The notes below the pieces were generated by a model. The model worked only from the letters and a program-made list of their open reading frames with translations, did not search any database and was not told where the DNA came from. Source: Auanema rhodensis (lineage: Eukaryota; Animalia; Nematoda). From it: a stretch of DNA of 64,000 nt. This document shows, piece after piece, positions 56,484-64,000 of the stretch. The stretch covers positions 17,918,001-17,982,000 of the forward strand of contig OZ059899.1 of the NCBI GenBank assembly GCA_964057225.1. Reading direction: 5' to 3'. Position 1 is the stretch's first letter; every line of letters starts with the position of its first letter. Both the position numbers and the translations under genes were made by a program.

Positions 56484-59400
56484 CATGACTTTGAAATTTA
56501 CGTGAACTTTAATTTATGCTAATTAAACGTACACGTGGTGTGCACTCGGTATGTAACTCGCTTCACGTGTAAGATAAAGAGATGCGGTTTTCAAAATTAG
56601 ATTCCCCATGTCCATATTAGTCTAAAAACAAATTTTTATTGATATTGGTGCATGGTAACCATGACTTTGAAATTTACGTGAACTTTAATTTATGCTAATT
56701 AAACGTACACGTGGTGTGCATTCGGTATGTAACTCGCTTCACGTGTAAGATAAAGAGATGCGGTTTTCAAAATTAGATTCCCCACGTCCATATTAGTCTA
56801 AAAACAAATTTTTATTGATATTGGTGCATGGTAACCATGACTTTGAAATTTACGTGAACTTTAATTTATGCTAATTAAACGTACACGTGGTGTGCACTCG
56901 GTATGTAACTCGCTTCACGTGTAAGATAAAGAGATGCGGTTTTCAAAATTAGATTCCCCATGTCCATATTAGTCTAAAAACAAATTTTTATTGATATTGG
57001 TGCATGGTAACCATGACTTTGAAATTTACGTGAACTTTAATTTATGCTAATTAAACGTACACGTGGTGTGCATTCGGTATGTAACTCGCTTCACGTGTAA
57101 GATAAAGAGATGCGGTTTTCAAAATTAGATTCCCCATGTCCATATTAGTCTAAAAACAAATTTTTATTGATATTGGTGCATGGTAACCATGACTTTGAAA
57201 TTTACGTGAACTTTAATTTATGCTAATTAAACGTACACGTGGTGTGCACTCGGTATGTAACTCGCTTCACGTGAAAGATAAAGAGATGCGGTTTTCAAAA
57301 TTAGATTCCCCATGTCCATATTAGTCTAAAAACAAATTTTTATTGATATTAGTGCATGGTAACCATGACTTTGAAATTTACGTGAACTTTAATCTATGCT
57401 ACATAAATGTACACGTGATGTGCACTTGGTATGTAACTCGCTTCACGTGAAAGATAAAAAGATGCGGTTTTTAAAATTAGATTCCTCATGTCCATATTAG
57501 TCTAAAAACAAATTTTTATTGATATTGGTGCATGGTAACCATGATTTTGAAATTTACGTGAACTTTAATTTATGCTAATTAAACGTACACGTGATGTGCA
57601 CTTGGTATGTAACTCGCTTCACGTGAAAGATGAAGAGATGCGGTTTTCAAAATTAGATTCCCCATGTCCATATTAGTCTAAAAACAATTTTTTACTGATA
57701 TTGGTGCATGGTAACCATGATTTTGAAATTTACGTGAACTTTAATTTATGCTAATTAAACGTACACGTGATGTGCACTTGGTATGTAACTCGCTTCACGT
57801 GAAAGATAAAGAGATGCGGTTTCTAAAATTAGATTCCCCATGTCCATATTAGTCTAAAAACAAATTTTTATTGATATTGGTGCATGGTAACCATGATTTT
57901 GAAATTTACGTGAACTTTAATTTATGCTAATTAAACGTACACGTGGTGTGCACTCGGTATGTAACTCGCTTCACGTGAAAGATAAAGAGATGCGGTTTTC
58001 AAAATTAGATTCCCCATGTCCATATTAGTCTAAAAACAAATTTTTTTTGATATTGGTGTATGGTAACCATGATTTTGAAATTTACGTGAACTTTAATTTA
58101 TGCTAATTAAATGTACACGTGGTGTGCACTCGGTATGTAACTCGCTTCACGTGAAAGATAAAGAGATGCGGTTTTCAAAATTAGATTCCCCATGTCCATA
58201 TTAGTCTAAAAACAAATTTTTATTGATATTGGTGCATGGTAACCATGACTTTGAATTTTACGTGAACTTTAATTTATGCTAATTAAACGTACACGTGGTG
58301 TGCACTCGGTATGTAACTCGCTTCACGTGAAAGATAAAGAGATGCGGTTTTCAAAATTAGATTCCCCATGTCCATATTAGTCTAAAAACAAATTTTTATT
58401 GATATTGGTGCATGGTAACCATGACTTTGAAATTTACGTGAACTTTAATTTATGCTACATAAATGTACACGTGATGTGCACTTGGTATGTAACTCGCTTC
58501 ACGTGAAAGATAAAAAGATGCGGTTTTTAAAATTAGATTCCCCATGTCCATATTAGTCTAAAAACAATTTTTTACTGATATTGGTGCATGGTAACCATGA
58601 CTTTGAAATTTACGTGAACTTTAATTTATGCTAATTAAACGTACACGTGGTGTGCACTCGGTATGTAACTCGCTTCACGTGTAAGATAAAGAGATGCGGT
58701 TTTCAAAATTAGATTCCCCACGTCCATATTAGTCTAAAAACAAATTTTTATTGATATTGGTGCATGGTAACCATGACTTTGAAATTTACGTGAACTTTAA
58801 TTTATGCTAATTAAACGTACACGTGGTGTGCACTCGGTATGTAACTCGCTTCACGTGTAAGATAAAGAGATGCGGTTTTCAAAATTAGATTCCCCATGTC
58901 CATATTAGTCTAAAAACAAATTTTTATTGATATTGGTGCATGGTAACCATGACTTTGAAATTTACGTGAACTTTAATTTATGCTAATTAAACGTACACGT
59001 GGTGTGCATTCGGTATGTAACTCGCTTCACGTGTAAGATAAAGAGATGCGGTTTTCAAAATTAGATTCCCCATGTCCATATTAGTCTAAAAACAAATTTT
59101 TATTGATATTGGTGCATGGTAACCATGACTTTGAAATTTACGTGAACTTTAATTTATGCTAATTAAACGTACACGTGGTGTGCACTCGGTATGTAACTCG
59201 CTTCACGTGTAAGATAAAGAGATGCGGTTTTCAAAATTAGATTCCCCATGTCCATATTAGTCTAAAAACAAATTTTTATTGATATTGGTGCATGGTAACC
59301 ATGACTTTGAAATTTACGTGAACTTTAATTTATGCTAATTAAACGTACACGTGGTGTGCACTCGGTATGTAACTCGCTTCACGTGAAAGATAAAGAGATG

Positions 59401-62400
59401 CAGTTATCAAAATTAGATTCCCCATGTCCATATTAGTCTAAAAACAAATTTTTATTGATATTGGTGCATGGTAACCATGATTTTGAAATTTACGTGAACT
59501 TTAATTCATGCTAATTAAATGTACACGTGGTGTGCACTCGGTATGTAACTCGCTTCACGTGAAAGATAAAGAGATGCAGTTATCAAAATTAGATTCCCCA
59601 TGTCCATATTAGTCTAAAAACAAATTTTTATTGATATTGGTGCATGGTAACCATGATTTTGAAATTTACGTGAACTTTAATTCATGCTAATTAAATGTAC
59701 ACGTGGTGTGCACTCGGTATGTAACTCGCTTCACGTGAAAGATAAGGAGATGCGGTTTTCACAATTAGATTCCCCATGTCCATATTAGTCTAAAAACAAA
59801 TTTTTATTGATATTGGTGCATGGTAACCATGACTTTGAAATTTACGTGAACTTTAATTTATGCTAATTAAACGTACACGTGGTGTGCACTCGGTATGTAA
59901 CTCGCTTCACGTGTAAGATAAAGAGATGCGGTTTTCAAAATTAGATTCCCCATGTCCATATTAGTCTAAAAACAAATTTTTATTGATATTGGTGCATGGA
60001 AACCATGACTTTGAAATTTACGTGAACTTTAATTTATGCTAATTAAATGTACACGTGATGTGCACTTGGTATGTAACTCGCTTCACGTGAAAGGTAAAGA
60101 GATGCGGTTTTCAAAATTAGATTCCCCATGTCCATATTAGTCTAAAAACAAATTTTTATTGATATTGGTGCATGGTAACCATGACTTTGAAATTTACGTG
60201 AACTTCAATTTATGCTAATTAAACGTACACGTGATGTGCACTTGGTATGTAACTCGCTTCACGTGAAAGATGAAGAGATGCGGTTTTCAAAATTAGATTC
60301 CCCATGTCCATATTAGTCTAAAAACAAATTTTTATTGATATTGGTGTATGGTAACCATGACTTTGAAATTTACGTGAACTTTAATTTATGCTAATTAAAT
60401 GTACACGTGGTGTGCACTCGGTATGTAACTCGCTTCACGTGAAAGATAAAGAGATGCGGTTTTCAAAATTAGATTCCCCATGTCCATATTAGTCTAAAAA
60501 CAAATTTTTATTGATATTGGTGCATGGTAACCATGACTTTGAAATTTACGTGAACTTTAATCTATGCTACATAAATGTACACGTGATGTGCACTTGGTAT
60601 GTAACTCGCTTCACGTGAAAGATAAAAAGATGCGGTTTTTAAAATTAGATTCCCCATGTCCATATTAGTCTAAAAACAAATTTTTATTGATATTGGTGCA
60701 TGGTAACTATGACTTTGAAATTTACGTGAACTTCAATTTATGCTAATTAAACGTACACGTGATGTGCACTTGGTATGTAACTCGCTTCACGTGAAAGATG
60801 AAGAGATGCGGTTTTCAAAATTAGATTCCCCATGTCCATATTAGTCTAAAAACAATTTTTTACTGATATTGGTGCATGGTAACCATGATTTTGAAATTTA
60901 CGTGAACTTTAATTTATGCTAATTAAACGTACACGTGATGTGCACTTGGTATGTAACTCGCTTCACGTGAAAGATAAAGAGATGCGGTTTCTAAAATTAG
61001 ATTTCCCATGTCCATATTAGTCTAAAAACAATTTTTTACTGATATTGGTGCATGGTAACCATGATTTTGAAATTTACGTGAACTTTAATTTATGCTAATT
61101 AAACGTACACGTGGTGTGCACTCGGTATGTAACTCGCTTCACGTGAAAGATAAAGAGATGCGGTTTTCAAAATTAGATTCCCCATGTCCATATTAGTCTA
61201 AAAACAAATTTTTATTGATATTGGTGCATGGTAACCATGATTTTGAAATTTACGTGAACTTTAATTTATGCTAATTAAACGTACACGTGGTGTGCACTCG
61301 GTATGTAACTCGCTTCACGTGAAAGATAAAGAGATGCGGTTTTCAAAATTAGATTCCCCATGTCCATATTAGTCTAAAAACAAATTTTTTTTGATATTGG
61401 TGTATGGTAACCATGATTTTGAAATTTACGTGAACTTTAATTTATGCTAATTAAACGTACACGTGATGTGCACTTGGTATGTAACTCGCTTCACGTGAAA
61501 GATAAAGAGATGCGGTTTCTAAAATTAGATTCCCCATGTCCATATTAGTCTAAAAACAATTTTTTACTGATATTAGTGCATGGTAACCATGATTTTGAAA
61601 TTTACGTGAACTTTAATTTATGCTAATTAAATGTACACGTGGTGTGCACTCGGTATGTAACTCGCTTCACGTGAAAGATAAAGAGATGCGGTTTTCAAAA
61701 TTAGATTCCCCATGTCCATATTAGTCTAAAAACAAATTTTTATTGATATTGGTGCATGGTAACCATGATTTTGAAATTTACGTGAACTTTAATTTATGCT
61801 AATTAAACGTACACGTGGTGTGCACTCGGTATGTAACTCGCTTCACGTGAAAGATAAAGAGATGCGGTTTTCAAAATTAGATTCCCCATGTCCATATTAG
61901 TCTAAAAACAAATTTTTTTTGATATTGGTGTATGGTAACCATGATTTTGAAATTTACGTGAACTTTAATTTATGCTAATTAAATGTACACGTGGTGTGCA
62001 CTCGGTATGTAACTCGCTTCACGTGAAAGATAAAGAGATGCGGTTTTCAAAATTAGATTCCCCATGTCCATATTAGTCTAAAAACAAATTTTTATTGATA
62101 TTGGTGCATGGTAACCATGACTTTGAATTTTACGTGAACTTTAATTTATGCTAATTAAACGTACACGTGGTGTGCACTCGGTATGTAACTCGCTTCACGT
62201 GAAAGATAAAGAGATGCGGTTTTCAAAATTAGATTCCCCATGTCCATATTAGTCTAAAAACAAATTTTTATTGATATTGGTGCATGGTAACCATGACTTT
62301 GAAATTTACGTGAACTTTAATTTATGCTACATAAATGTACACGTGATGTGCACTTGGTATGTAACTCGCTTCACGTGAAAGATAAAAAGATGCGGTTTTT

Positions 62401-64000
62401 AAAATTAGATTCCCCATGTCCATATTAGTCTAAAAACAATTTTTTACTGATATTGGTGCATGGTAACCATGACTTTGAAATTTACGTGAACTTTAATTTA
62501 TGCTAATTAAACGTACACGTGGTGTGCACTCGGTATGTAACTCGCTTCACGTGTAAGATAAAGAGATGCGATTTTCAAAATTAGATTCCCCACGTCCATA
62601 TTAGTCTAAAAACAAATTTTTATTGATATTGGTGCATGGTAACCATGACTTTGAAATTTACGTGAACTTTAATTTATGCTAATTAAACGTACACGTGGTG
62701 TGCACTCGGTATGTAACTCGCTTCACGTGTAAGATAAAGAGATGCGGTTTTCAAAATTAGATTCCCCATGTCCATATTAGTCTAAAAACAAATTTTTATT
62801 GATATTGGTGCATGGTAACCATGACTTTGAAATTTACGTGAACTTTAATTTATGCTAATTAAACGTACACGTGGTGTGCATTCGGTATGTAACTCGCTTC
62901 ACGTGTAAGATAAAGAGATGCGGTTTTCAAAATTAGATTCCCCATGTCCATATTAGTCTAAAAACAAATTTTTATTGATATTGGTGCATGGTAACCATGA
63001 CTTTGAAATTTACGTGAACTTTAATTTATGCTAATTAAACGTACACGTGGTGTGCACTCGGTATGTAACTCGCTTCACGTGTAAGATAAAGAGATGCGGT
63101 TTTCAAAATTAGATTCCCCATGTCCATATTAGTCTAAAAACAAATTTTTATTGATATTGGTGCATGGTAACCATGATTTTGAAATTTACGTGAACTTTAA
63201 TTCATGCTAATTAAATGTACACGTGGTGTGCACTCGGTATGTAACTCGCTTCACGTGAAAGATAAAGAGATGCAGTTATCAAAATTAGATTCCCCATGTC
63301 CATATTAGTCTAAAAACAAATTTTTATTGATATTGGTGCATGGTAACCATGATTTTGAAATTTACGTGAACTTTAATTCATGCTAATTAAATGTACACGT
63401 GGTGTGCACTCGGTATGTAACTCGCTTCACGTGAAATATAAAGAGATGCAGTTATCAAAATTAGATTCCCCATGTCCATATTAGTCTAAAAACAAATTTT
63501 TATTGATATTGGTGCATGGTAACCATGATTTTGAAATTTACGTGAACTTTAATTCATGCTAATTAAACGTACACGTGATGTGCACTTGGTATGTAACTCG
63601 CTTCACGTGAAAGATAAAGAGATGCGGTTTCTAAAATTAGATTCCCCATGTCCATATTAGTCTAAAAACAATTTTTTACTGATATTGGTGCATGGTAACC
63701 ATGATTTTGAAATTTACGTGAACTTTAATTTATGCTAATTAAATGTACACGTGGTGTGCACTCGGTATGTAACTCGCTTCACGTGAAAGATAAAGAGATG
63801 CGGTTTTCAAAATTAGATTCCCCATGTCCATATTAGTCTAAAAACAAATTTTTATTGATATTGGTGCATGGTAACCATGATTTTGAAATTTACGTGAACT
63901 TTAATTTATGCTAATTAAACGTACACGTGGTGTGCACTCGGTATGTAACTCGCTTCACGTGAAAGATAAAGAGATGCGGTTTTCAAAATTAGATTCCCCA

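Larger units (their letters stand above)
1..64000. repeat. 176-bp tandem satellite DNA array, 362 full monomers plus one partial, single orientation, running off both window ends
   Basis: Monomer starts (CATGAYTTTG) at 1, 177, 353, 529, 704 ... 29988 ... 63876. The period is 176 bp except in 17 indel-bearing monomers. Most copies differ from consensus at only a few positions, and the most divergent at about 10. Confidence 0.99.

Noticed and set aside
1-64000. CRISPR array or other repeat-spacer system
   Set aside because: There are no unique spacers. The entire 176 bp is repeated, and there is no leader or cas gene.
1-64000. Protein-coding repeat ORF
   Set aside because: 176 is not a multiple of 3, and the unit has many TAA/TGA/TAG triplets on both strands, so frames close within about a monomer or two.
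1-64000. A single regular higher-order repeat, or information encoded in the variant order
   Set aside because: Periods vary from 2 to 44 monomers, and the order is explained by nested duplication, deletion and recombination.
1-64000. Hidden insertions or inverted segments
   Set aside because: Monomer phase is accounted for exactly by 17 small indels (-3, +70, +96), and all units read in the same orientation.

Overview
The whole 64 kb window is one uninterrupted head-to-tail tandem array of a 176-bp AT-rich satellite (~34% GC), most likely eukaryotic (peri)centromeric or heterochromatic DNA. Consensus: CATGAYTTTGAAATTTACGTGAACTTTAATTTATGCTAATTAAACGTACACGTGGTGTGCACTCGGTATGTAACTCGCTTCACGTGAAAGATAAAGAGATGCGGTTTTCAAAATTAGATTCCCCATGTCCATATTAGTCTAAAAACAAATTTTTATTGATATTGGTGCATGGTAAC. 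Phase bookkeeping gives 362 complete monomers plus a 125-bp partial one (last start 63876). The register is fully explained by three 1-bp deletions, ten 7-bp duplications and four 24-bp insertions (net +163 bp). I see no gene, RNA gene, transposon, CRISPR array, inversion or unique sequence, and no evidence of a new gene-encoded system. The interest lies in array architecture: regionally confined variants, nested block duplications with periods of 7, 8, 9, 12, 13, 19, 22 and 44 monomers rather than one fixed higher-order repeat (HOR), chimeric monomers, and a monomer rich in palindromes and ACGTG motifs. I cannot identify the organism or satellite family. Variant tallies were read by eye and may be slightly incomplete.
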